Shown here: positions 9,459 through 18,078 of the stretch, piece by piece
Numbering within the stretch: position 1 is the first letter of the stretch
Layout of the letters: the number at the start of each line of letters is the position of its first letter
Source of the DNA: Candidatus Krumholzibacteriia bacterium
GTDB taxonomy: Bacteria > Krumholzibacteriota > Krumholzibacteriia > LZORAL124-64-63
Direction of reading: 5' to 3'
Assembly: GCA_050174015.1 (NCBI GenBank)
Contig: JBFXKG010000005.1
Span: 64,001 to 128,000 of the forward strand
Length of the DNA stretch: 64,000 nucleotides
Made by a program: the position numbers and the translations under genes
The notes under the pieces: generated by a model
Database searches by the model: none
The model's input: only the letters and a program-made list of their open reading frames with translations
Told to the model about the DNA's origin: nothing

Positions 9459-11177
9459 ATGGGCCGAGGTGACCGGTTCAACCCGTTCCTGCTCTTCGGA
9501 ATCATCATCGCGACGACTATTCTCACTTCCTGCGGCGGCGGCGACGACGGCAACCCTACCTCCGTCACCACCGGCACGGTGACCGTCGACGTGAGCCCCG
9601 ACGGGATCGGGGCGAACTGGACCCTGAGGCAGGAGGGGGCGATCATCGCCCAGGGTCCGGAGGACAAGACGGTCACCGGCGTGGAGGCGGGCATCTACGT
9701 GATGACCTGGGACCGCAAGGACGGCTGGGCCGCTCCCGACCCCATCACCGAGACGAAGACCCTCACCAGACAGGGCCAGATCACCTTCAGCGGCCTGTAT
9801 CAGGAGGCGAACGGGGTCATCGTCATCGACACCGAGCCCGACGCCATCGACGCCCCCTGGCATCTGGACATGCCGGCCGGCCTGGAGACCTCCGGGACCG
9901 GCGACACCGAACTGACCCTCATGGCCGCGGGGGAGTACACCCTGACCTGGGGCGCAGTGGAGGGATACTGGTCCCCCGAGCCCGACGAGGTGGACGCCAC
10001 CCTGGACCAGGAGGAGACCCACACCTTCACCGGGACCTACGTGAAGCATCCGGGGACCATCGTCATCGAACCGGTTCCCTCAGGGCTGGCGGCGCCATGG
10101 TCCCTCTACACGCCCGGAGGCGTGATCATCGAGGGATCCGGAGCGCAGACCCTGGTGGCTCCCGCGGTGGGGGACTACCTCATCACCTGGCTGGCCGTCG
10201 GAGGGTATGCCGCTCCGCCCAAGGAGTCCCTGAACCTGGTCCAGGACGGGACCCTGACCTTCACGGGCTACTACATCACGACCAGCCTCGAGGGGTTCGT
10301 GATGGTCCCGGACGGGACCTTCATGATGGGCAGTCCGGTGGGCGAGGCGGGGCGCCAGCCCGACGAGACCCCGCACCAGGTCACCCTGACCCGGTCCTTC
10401 TTCCTCCAGGAACGGGAAGTCACCAACGCCGAATTCGTGGCGCAACTGCAGTGGGCGCTGGACCAGGGCCTGATCGCCGCGACCTCCTCGACGGTCCATC
10501 TGGACGACCCGGGCGATCCGGGGGTGGAACTGGTGGATCTGGACGACCCCTATTCCCGCATCGGCTACGGGGGAGGCTCGTTCACCACCGACCGGCCCGA
10601 CTGGCCGGTGGTCGTGGCGACCTGGTTCGGTGCGGCGGCCTACTGCAACTGGGTCAGCGAGAAGAGCGGCCTGCCGCAGGCCTACGCTTACCAGGCCAAC
10701 GGGAACTGGCTGTGCAACGGCGGGGACGTCTACGGGGCGCGGGGATACCGCCTGCCCACCGAGGCCGAGTGGGAATACGCCTGCCGGGCGGGCAGCGCCA
10801 CGGCCTTCGCCAACGGCCCCATTACCCCGTTCGAGGTGACCGAATGCCACGCCGACCCGGTCCTGGCGGTCATCGGCTGGTACTGCGACAATGCGGGAGA
10901 CGCGCCCCGCGACGTGGGCACCCTCCAGGCGAACGCCTGGGGCTTCCACGACATGCACGGCAATGCGCGGGAATGGTGCCACGACTGGTACGGCGTCTAC
11001 CCGGTGGTATCGGTGCAGGATCCGGAGGGCCCCTACTCCAACGAGGTCCGGGTCATCCGGGGTGGGTATTTCGGAAGCTTCCACATGGATTGCCGTTCGG
11101 CCCGGCGGTTCGAGCTGACGCGGCCCGACCAGGGCGACTACGAGGCGGGGTTCCGGCTGGCGCTGTCGGCCTACTGA
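9459..11177 (+). CDS. Lipoprotein with three Ig-like repeats and a C-terminal FGE-sulfatase (SUMF1) domain
   Basis: Lipobox LTSC; 'F.MGS', 'EVTN', 'YRLPTEAEWEYACRAG', 'N.WG.HDM.GN..EW', 'RGG', 'GFRL'. Confidence 0.85.
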   Translation: MGRGDRFNPFLLFGIIIATTILTSCGGGDDGNPTSVTTGTVTVDVSPDGIGANWTLRQEGAIIAQGPEDKTVTGVEAGIYVMTWDRKDGWAAPDPITETKTLTRQGQITFSGLYQEANGVIVIDTEPDAIDAPWHLDMPAGLETSGTGDTELTLMAAGEYTLTWGAVEGYWSPEPDEVDATLDQEETHTFTGTYVKHPGTIVIEPVPSGLAAPWSLYTPGGVIIEGSGAQTLVAPAVGDYLITWLAVGGYAAPPKESLNLVQDGTLTFTGYYITTSLEGFVMVPDGTFMMGSPVGEAGRQPDETPHQVTLTRSFFLQEREVTNAEFVAQLQWALDQGLIAATSSTVHLDDPGDPGVELVDLDDPYSRIGYGGGSFTTDRPDWPVVVATWFGAAAYCNWVSEKSGLPQAYAYQANGNWLCNGGDVYGARGYRLPTEAEWEYACRAGSATAFANGPITPFEVTECHADPVLAVIGWYCDNAGDAPRDVGTLQANAWGFHDMHGNAREWCHDWYGVYPVVSVQDPEGPYSNEVRVIRGGYFGSFHMDCRSARRFELTRPDQGDYEAGFRLALSAY

Positions 11178-12526
11178 GCGTCGCGCTCCAGCAACATCAG
11201 ACTTTCGATGTGCGCCGTCTGGGGGAACATGTCCAGGACCTCCAGGCGGCGCGGTGCGTAACCGGCGGCGTGCAGGCGCCCGACATCGCGGGCCAGGGTG
11301 GCAGGGTCGCAGCTCATGTACAGGATGTGGCGGGGATCGGCTTTGAGCAGGGCATCAACGCCTTCCTTGCCCAGACCGGTGCGGGGCGGATCCACCAGGC
11401 AGAGCGAGGAGGCCCATTCGGCCGGGGAGGCCAGGTCGGCCTGGCCCATCACCTGGGCCAGCGGGCCGGTGTGGACGGTGGCCTTGCCCCGGGCTGCGTC
11501 GTCGCGGGCGATGTTGTTGATCGCATCGCGGCAGGCCGGCTGGTCGCTGTCGATGGCCACGATCTTCTCGAACAGATCGGCCAGGGTGAGGGTGAACAGT
11601 CCGACACCGCAGAAGAGGTCGCCCAGCAACGGCCCGAGCGAGCCCCTGTCCCGCAATTCGACGATCCAGTCCCGCGCCAGGGCGACGGCCTGTTCGGTCA
11701 CGGCCAGGTTTCCCTGGAAGAAGCTCTGGACTCCGGCGCGCAGGGTGTGCCCGGCGACGGTGTACAGGAGATAGTCCCGGCCCCAGACCGGCAGGTTGTT
11801 GAACAGGATGCCGGCGCAACCGGGCGCCGGCGCCTCCCCGGGTCCGAGGGCGGAGATGATCTTCCTGAGCACCTTGAGGCGGGGCGGTTGCCCGAAGATC
11901 GACAGGATCCAGCGGGACCGTTCGTCCTCGCGACCGTCCATCCTGACCACGATCTGGTCGACCGGAGGCAGGAAGCGCAGCCAGGGGAGGATCTCCAGAT
12001 TGAACCGCTCGGGCATCAGGGGGCAGGCGTCCAGCTCGACCACGTCGTGGGTGCCGCGGCGCATCAGCCCGTACCGGCCGGTGGGGCTGGAATACAGGCG
12101 GATGCGGTTGCGATAGCCCAGCTCTCCGCCGGGACGGGGGCCGGCCAGCAGGCCTGAAACGTCGAGCTTGCCCAGGCGCTGGAAGCAGTCCAGGACGATC
12201 TCCGCCTTGCCCTTGCGCTGGGCGTCCTCGCCGAGGTGCTGGAGGTCGCAGCCCCCGCACTCACCGTAGTGGGGGCAGGGCGCCTCGCGCCGGTCGGATC
12301 CGTTTTCCAGGATGGCGACGACTTCGGCCCGCAGGAAACCCTTGCGGGCCTCGACCACGCGGACGTCGGCCAGATCGCCGGGTGCGGTGCGGGCCACGAA
12401 GACGGCCTGGCCCTCGTGGCGGCCGAGGCCGGCACCTCCGGTGACCAGCTTTTCGATGCGGACCTGGAAAGAACCGTCGTCTCCGGGCTTTTCAGGTGCG
12501 GGGTTTACTGTATTCTTCTTTTCCAT
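11171..12526 (-). CDS. rlmD: TRAM-domain RNA (uracil-5)-methyltransferase, RlmD/TrmA family
   Basis: 'CPHYGECGGC', 'SFFQGN', 'DLFCGVG', 'DPPRTG', 'YMSCDPATLARD', 'DMFPQTAHIE'. Confidence 0.8.
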   Translation of the reverse strand: MEKKNTVNPAPEKPGDDGSFQVRIEKLVTGGAGLGRHEGQAVFVARTAPGDLADVRVVEARKGFLRAEVVAILENGSDRREAPCPHYGECGGCDLQHLGEDAQRKGKAEIVLDCFQRLGKLDVSGLLAGPRPGGELGYRNRIRLYSSPTGRYGLMRRGTHDVVELDACPLMPERFNLEILPWLRFLPPVDQIVVRMDGREDERSRWILSIFGQPPRLKVLRKIISALGPGEAPAPGCAGILFNNLPVWGRDYLLYTVAGHTLRAGVQSFFQGNLAVTEQAVALARDWIVELRDRGSLGPLLGDLFCGVGLFTLTLADLFEKIVAIDSDQPACRDAINNIARDDAARGKATVHTGPLAQVMGQADLASPAEWASSLCLVDPPRTGLGKEGVDALLKADPRHILYMSCDPATLARDVGRLHAAGYAPRRLEVLDMFPQTAHIESLMLLERDAQ

Positions 12527-12615
12527 GGGGGCCAAACTTAGCATGGGAAGGCCCCCTGGGCCAGAATTGGAACAGGATGAAATGGGGCCGGGGGCTCGTG
12601 AACCGGGGACGGCGC

Positions 12616-13260
12616 ATGCGCAGGAGGCGTGAATACAGGAGAATCCAGGCCCGGAAAGGGTTGCCGGCGCTTGTTCCGGCGCTCCTGCTGGTCTGCTGGC
12701 TGCTGCCCGGGTGCGGCCCGAAGCGGGTCGTCCAGACCCGGCCGGAGCTCCCCGGGGAGGAATTCGATCTCACCCCCACCCCGGAACCCGTGCCGAACTG
12801 GATGGAGCCGTCGGCCTCCGATGAGGGGGATTCCGGCGTGGAGGACGTCGGGGCGGTCGAACCGGTCCCGGGAATCGATCCCGGCCAGGTCACCCTGGGA
12901 ATCGAAGCCGCCTCCCTGGCGCGCGAGCAGCTGGGCAAGCAGTACCAGTGGGGCGCGTCCGGGCCGGACCGGTTCGATTGCAGCGGGCTGGTCCATTTCG
13001 TCTACGGCAACCTGGGCATCCAACTGCCTCGCACGTCCCACCAGCAGGCCGGAGTGGGTGATCCGGTGCCGCCCAGGGAACTCCAGCCGGGCGACCTGCT
13101 TTTCTTTGCCTTGAAGGGTTCGGGAATCGATCATGTGGGGATCTACCTCGGGAAGCAGAAGTTCATCCACGCCCCGCGCCGGCACCAGCCGGTGCGCACC
13201 GACAGCCTGAACGACACCTGGTGGCGCCGCCGCTTCAAGGAGGCCCGACGGATTCCATGA
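12616..13260 (+). CDS. NlpC/P60 (C40) peptidase lipoprotein
   Basis: Lipobox LPGC; 'YQWG...FDCSGL', 'PGDLLFF', 'HVGIY...FIHA'. Start codon uncertain. Confidence 0.85.
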   Translation: MRRRREYRRIQARKGLPALVPALLLVCWLLPGCGPKRVVQTRPELPGEEFDLTPTPEPVPNWMEPSASDEGDSGVEDVGAVEPVPGIDPGQVTLGIEAASLAREQLGKQYQWGASGPDRFDCSGLVHFVYGNLGIQLPRTSHQQAGVGDPVPPRELQPGDLLFFALKGSGIDHVGIYLGKQKFIHAPRRHQPVRTDSLNDTWWRRRFKEARRIP

Positions 13261-14660
13261 TCACGAGGCGAGGCATGCTGGTCGCGGCGGCCCTCGGACT
13301 GTTCGTTGCCCTCGGCGCGCCCGCTGCGGCCGAATCCGATGCGGGGGTGGTGCGGCAGACCTACTGGGGTCCGATTCCGGCCCGGGCCGATTCCGTGACC
13401 GTCCCCCTCGACCAGCCTCCCCGGCCCTGGTGGGAGACGGGTCTGCTCGTGCCGTACCACCTCGCCGGCGTTCCCTTCCGCATCCTGGACACGGCGGTCC
13501 AGGAGACGGTCGAGGGGCTGGACGCGCTGGGATTCTTCGATCTGCCGCCCGCCCCCTACCCCGGCCTGCACCTGCCCCCGGACCTCTACCTCATGCCCAA
13601 CGTCAAGATGGAAGGGGGGGAGGGTTTCTCCTTCGGGGGGGACCTGACGGCTCCGGACATCATCGGTCCAGGGAGCCTGGGATTCCTGAAGGGATCCCGA
13701 TCCACGCGAGGGGGAACCGGTCTGGGCGGCGGCGTCCTCGCCTTCCCTCTTCCCGGCTGGGAACTCCAGCTGGGCGGAGGGCTGGAATCCTGCCCGGTCG
13801 CCCGCTATTACGGGCAGGGCTCGTGGACGACCGCCGACGATCTGAGCTATTACCGGCGCCGGTCGACCTGGGGCGGAATCGAACTGGACCACCGGACCGA
13901 CGGTTCCCTGTCCCATGATTTTCATCTGCTGTTCAGCAGGGTGGAGGCCGACCCGTCGCGGTTCCATACCGATCAGGCCCTGGCGGTGGTCCACCATGAT
14001 CCGGCGCCCCCTGGATTCGGGTCCGAGAGCAACGGCTGGACGGTGAGGCTGGGCGTGCACCGGGACACCACCGATCAGACCGGACGTCCCCAGCACGGCC
14101 TCTTCCAGACGGCGGCGGTGGGGTACTTCACGGCCACGGACGGGAGCGACCTCCACCACCTGACCTACCACCTGGACACCGAAACCTTCATCCCCCTGTG
14201 GCATACCCAGCGCACCCTGGCCGTGCGCTGGTTCTACAACCGCATCCACAACGTCTCGTCGGGCGCCGTGCCCTTCACCCGCCTGGTCACCTTCCAGCGT
14301 CCTGACGAATTGCGCGGCTACCGGTCGCGGCGGTTCTACGGTCTGGGCGCCATGGGGATCATGGCGGAGTACCGCTGGCCCCTGTGGGTGGCCCGAGGCC
14401 GGGACGACACCGGGGTGGACGCCTACCTGTTCAGCGATGGGGGCCAGGTCTTCGACCGGACGGCGGACATCGCCCTGCGGAACGTCAAGATCACCGGCGG
14501 CGTCGGGCTGCGTCTGGTGAACGGGAAACGGAACCTGGCGGCCAGGATGGAGCTCGGCTGGTCGGACGAGGAACCGGTGTGGCGTTTGAAGTTCAGCCAG
14601 AACTTCCAGTACGACAAGCGAGGGCTGGTCTATGGCAAGGATCCGACCGAAACCCGCTGA
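13257..14660 (+). CDS. Omp85/BamA-TamA-family outer-membrane barrel lacking obvious POTRA domains
   Basis: 'LRGYRSRRFYG', 'AEYRWPL', 'F.DGGQVF', 'GGVGLR'; ATGA overlap with the upstream gene. Confidence 0.7.
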   Translation: MITRRGMLVAAALGLFVALGAPAAAESDAGVVRQTYWGPIPARADSVTVPLDQPPRPWWETGLLVPYHLAGVPFRILDTAVQETVEGLDALGFFDLPPAPYPGLHLPPDLYLMPNVKMEGGEGFSFGGDLTAPDIIGPGSLGFLKGSRSTRGGTGLGGGVLAFPLPGWELQLGGGLESCPVARYYGQGSWTTADDLSYYRRRSTWGGIELDHRTDGSLSHDFHLLFSRVEADPSRFHTDQALAVVHHDPAPPGFGSESNGWTVRLGVHRDTTDQTGRPQHGLFQTAAVGYFTATDGSDLHHLTYHLDTETFIPLWHTQRTLAVRWFYNRIHNVSSGAVPFTRLVTFQRPDELRGYRSRRFYGLGAMGIMAEYRWPLWVARGRDDTGVDAYLFSDGGQVFDRTADIALRNVKITGGVGLRLVNGKRNLAARMELGWSDEEPVWRLKFSQNFQYDKRGLVYGKDPTETR

Positions 14661-16347
14661 CCGCCGCAGGCGGCTGCTGCCGGCGGGAGCGCTGGCGGTC
14701 CTGCTGCTGGGGCCGGTCCCCGGAACCCTCGCCGACGCCGGCGACCTCCGGGACGGTCCGGTGGCCTGGTATGCCGACGACCGGGGTCCCATTCCGGTTC
14801 CGGCCTTCACCGAGCCCGGGCTGGTGCCCTATTCGGTCACCTCGTTTCTGCACCGGCCGTTCTCGCGGTTCTGGCACCCCGGCCGGGCGCTGCGCCGCCT
14901 GGGCGATGACGGCCCGGCCGGGCCGGCGGGCGACGTCAACGCGCTGGACGAGGTCCTGGACAGCGCGTGGTTCACCAACCGCATCGGCCTGGGCCCCCTC
15001 GCCGACGAGGAACTCGTCCAGGGGCCGGCCTTCGGGACGGAACTCGTCGGCGGGCCCGACCGCAGCGAGCCCTGGGTCATCATCGGCGCCAAGACCGCCG
15101 GCGTCACGCCGGGGTTCCGCATCCGGGACGCCCGGGGCGACGTTTGGCGGCTCAAGTTCGATCCGCCGGAACATCCGGGCATGACCATCCGGGCCGGTGT
15201 GGTGTCCAACCTCGTCTTCCACGCCCTGGGGTACAACGTGCCCGTGGACCAGCTCGTGGTCTTCGGTCGCGAAGACCTGACGGTGGGCGAGGGCGCCGAG
15301 ATCAAGCTGCCGCGGGGGCCGGCCCTGCCCCTGACGACGGCGAACCTCGACTCCATCCTGGCGGCCACCCGTTCGGTGTTCCCCGACGGATACCACGCCC
15401 TGGCCAGCCGCTACCTGGACGGCCGGGTCCTCGGCCCGTTCGACGACGAGGGCCGCCGTCCCGACGATCCCAACGACCGGGTCGATCACCAGGACCTGCG
15501 CGTCCTGCGCGCCCTGAAGGTCTTCGCGGCCTGGCTGAACCACTTCGACACCAAGCGCCACAACACGCTGGACGTCTACGAGGGCGAACCGGGCCAGGGC
15601 TTCGTCCGCCATTACCTCATCGATTTCGCCAGCACCCTGGGCGCCTTCGGCGACGAGCCGGTCAAACGGTTCGGGTACGAGTTCGGGGTGGACGTCTTCC
15701 CCATCCTGGGCCGGTGGCTCACCCTGGGGCTGGTCGAGGATCCCTGGGTGGCCCTGGAGCGCCCCCGGGATGCGCAGGGCAGGATCCTGGACGAGGTCGG
15801 CCTGTTCGACGTGGAGACCTTCGAACCGGAGGCCTGGAAACCCGACCTGCCCCACAGCGCCATGGCGAACCTCGATCGCCGGGACGGCTACTGGGCGGCC
15901 AAGCTGGTCTCGTCGTTCACAAACCGCCAGCTGGAACTGCTGGTGGACCGGGGCGGCTATCAGGATCCCGAGGCCGCCGCCTACCTGACGGCCACCCTGG
16001 CCGGACGCCGGGACCGGATCGCATCCTACTGGTTCGGCAGGGTGGCCCCTCTGGACTTCTTCCGTGCGGAAGCCGGATCGGTCACGTTCTCCGATCTGGG
16101 AGTCGAACGGGGATACGCGGACCCGGGGACGACCACCTACCGGTTCCGGACCGGGCAGGCGAGCCCTGACCGCGAGACGGCCGGCTGGTCGGCCTGGACG
16201 GAGTCCGCGGGGACGTCGATCCCCTGCGAGGTTCCGGACGAGGGGTTCATCGCGGTGGAGGTTCAGGTCGACCGCTGCGACCGCAGGGTGGGAACGGTCC
16301 GGATCTATCTGGGGGCTTCGGGGCGCGTCGTCGCGCTGGAGAGGTAG
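14632..16347 (+). CDS. Exported protein with a protein-kinase-like (HipA/PI3-4K-like) fold
   Basis: Signal peptide; 'KTAGVTPGF...WRLKFD', 'ALGYNVP', 'HFDTKRHN', 'LIDFASTLG'. Confidence 0.55.
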   Translation: MARIRPKPADRRRRLLPAGALAVLLLGPVPGTLADAGDLRDGPVAWYADDRGPIPVPAFTEPGLVPYSVTSFLHRPFSRFWHPGRALRRLGDDGPAGPAGDVNALDEVLDSAWFTNRIGLGPLADEELVQGPAFGTELVGGPDRSEPWVIIGAKTAGVTPGFRIRDARGDVWRLKFDPPEHPGMTIRAGVVSNLVFHALGYNVPVDQLVVFGREDLTVGEGAEIKLPRGPALPLTTANLDSILAATRSVFPDGYHALASRYLDGRVLGPFDDEGRRPDDPNDRVDHQDLRVLRALKVFAAWLNHFDTKRHNTLDVYEGEPGQGFVRHYLIDFASTLGAFGDEPVKRFGYEFGVDVFPILGRWLTLGLVEDPWVALERPRDAQGRILDEVGLFDVETFEPEAWKPDLPHSAMANLDRRDGYWAAKLVSSFTNRQLELLVDRGGYQDPEAAAYLTATLAGRRDRIASYWFGRVAPLDFFRAEAGSVTFSDLGVERGYADPGTTTYRFRTGQASPDRETAGWSAWTESAGTSIPCEVPDEGFIAVEVQVDRCDRRVGTVRIYLGASGRVVALER

Positions 16348-16355
16348 GGGGCAGC

Positions 16356-17750
16356 ATGACGACCGCCGGATCGGCCGCCAGGGGCAAGGGCAGCCTCCTC
16401 GACAGGGTTCTGCTGGCCTTCGCGCCGGTGAGGGCGGGCGAAGGCGGTCTGGTGCTCCTGATGGCCGTGAACGTCTTCCTGCTGCTGACTTCCTACTACA
16501 TCATCAAGCCCGTGAGGGAGGCGCTGATCCTCGCGGACTGGGGCGCGGAGATCAAGATCTACGCCTCCGCCGGCCAGGCCCTGCTGCTGGTCGGGATCGT
16601 CCCGCTGTACAGCCGTCTCGCCGGTCTGATGACCAGCCGGCGGCTCATCACCACCGTGCTGGCCTTCTTCGCCGCCTGCCTGGGCCTGTTCTACCTGCTG
16701 GCGCGGGCGGGTCTGCCGGTGGGCATCGCCTTCTACCTTTGGGTGGGGGTCTTCAACCTGATGGTCGTGGCCCAGTTCTGGTCCTTCGCCAACGACGTCT
16801 ACACCCCGGAGGCCGGCAAGCGGCTGTTCGCCATCATCGGGTTCGGGATGTCCTCGGGGGCGGTGTTCGGCAGCTTCATCACCGGCAGGCTCATCGAGCC
16901 GCTGGGCGTCCAGCAGCTCCTTCTGCTGGCGGGGGCCATCCTGCTGGTCAGCCTGGGCCTGACCCGCTGGTCGGACACCCTGGCGCGCCGCAACCCCGAT
17001 CCCGGCGGCCCGCAGCCTGCCGTGGAGCCGGATGCCCCCCTCAAGGGCCGCGGCGGCTTCGGCCTGGTGTTCGGGAACCGGTACCTGCTGATGATCGGGG
17101 TCATGCTGATCCTGGCCAACCTGGTCAACACCACGGGCGAGTACATCCTGGGCGCCCGGGTCAAGGCCGACCAGGAGGCCGCACTGGAGGCGGTCGTCCG
17201 GGCGCCGGGAATGAGCGATGAGGCCCATGCCGCCGCGGTGGCGGAACGTTCGGTTCGGGTGGGCAAGGCCATCGGCGGTTTCTATGCCGACTTCTTCGGG
17301 ATCGTCAACCTGGTCAGCATGCTGACCCAGCTGTTCCTGGTGGCCCGCCTGGTGGCCTGGATCGGCGTGAGGCGGGCGGTGGCCGTCCTGCCCCTGGTGG
17401 CCATGGGCGGCTACGCCGTGATCGCCCTGGTGCCGGCCCTGGCGGCGGCCCGCTGGGCCAAGACCGCCGAGAACGCCACCGACTACTCGCTGCAGAACAC
17501 CGTCCGCAACATGCTGTTCCTGCCCACGAACCGTCAGGAGAAGTACAAGGCCAAGCAGGCCATCGACACCTTCTTCGTCCGGGTGGGCGACGTCCTGGCC
17601 GCCCTCCTCGTCCTCGGCGGCACCTCGGTCCTCCACCTGTCGCCGAGGAGCTTCGCGGGGATCAACATCGTCCTGGCTTCCGCCTGGTTGATCCTGGCCC
17701 TGGCCATAGGCCGCCGCTTCGCGGACCTCGCGAAGACACGCTCGAACTGA
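16356..17750 (+). CDS. Npt1/Npt2 (TLC, ATP/ADP translocase family) nucleotide transporter
   Basis: Multi-TM; 'YYIIKPVRE', 'FWSFANDVY..EAGKRLFAIIG', 'DYSL..T.RNMLFLP...KYKAK..IDT'. Confidence 0.8.
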   Translation: MTTAGSAARGKGSLLDRVLLAFAPVRAGEGGLVLLMAVNVFLLLTSYYIIKPVREALILADWGAEIKIYASAGQALLLVGIVPLYSRLAGLMTSRRLITTVLAFFAACLGLFYLLARAGLPVGIAFYLWVGVFNLMVVAQFWSFANDVYTPEAGKRLFAIIGFGMSSGAVFGSFITGRLIEPLGVQQLLLLAGAILLVSLGLTRWSDTLARRNPDPGGPQPAVEPDAPLKGRGGFGLVFGNRYLLMIGVMLILANLVNTTGEYILGARVKADQEAALEAVVRAPGMSDEAHAAAVAERSVRVGKAIGGFYADFFGIVNLVSMLTQLFLVARLVAWIGVRRAVAVLPLVAMGGYAVIALVPALAAARWAKTAENATDYSLQNTVRNMLFLPTNRQEKYKAKQAIDTFFVRVGDVLAALLVLGGTSVLHLSPRSFAGINIVLASAWLILALAIGRRFADLAKTRSN

Positions 17751-18078
17751 CCACTCCTCTTCCCCCCCTCGCTCCGCCAACCGAGCCGGTGGCATGCATG
17801 TTGCCCGCCGTCCTATAAGGAAATCCCTAAAGCCGGTGGTTCCCGGTGCGAAAATGAGGGTGACCATCAAGGAATGGAAGCCGGTCAATTGAAGTAAAAA
17901 GCATTGTCGATAAATAAATTGGACCGGCATCGGGACCGGCGCGACCAAAACGGGCAGGGCGCGGGCAGGGTTTGGCGCCGGACGGTGAGGGAATCACGGC
18001 AGAACTCCGTGGCCAGATTCCAACCGGTGGCTGCCCTGGAGAAAGCCAGACTGGTTTCCGACCCAAAGGATGGACTGA

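Noticed and set aside
10290..11177. FGE-sulfatase (C-type-lectin-fold) C-terminus as a diversity-generating retroelement target
   Set aside because: I saw no reverse transcriptase and no template-repeat copy of the 3' end in the window.
17885..17913. Sigma28 promoter for cheA
   Set aside because: GTCGATAA is a good -10, but no matching -35 sits at canonical spacing, so it is left uncalled.
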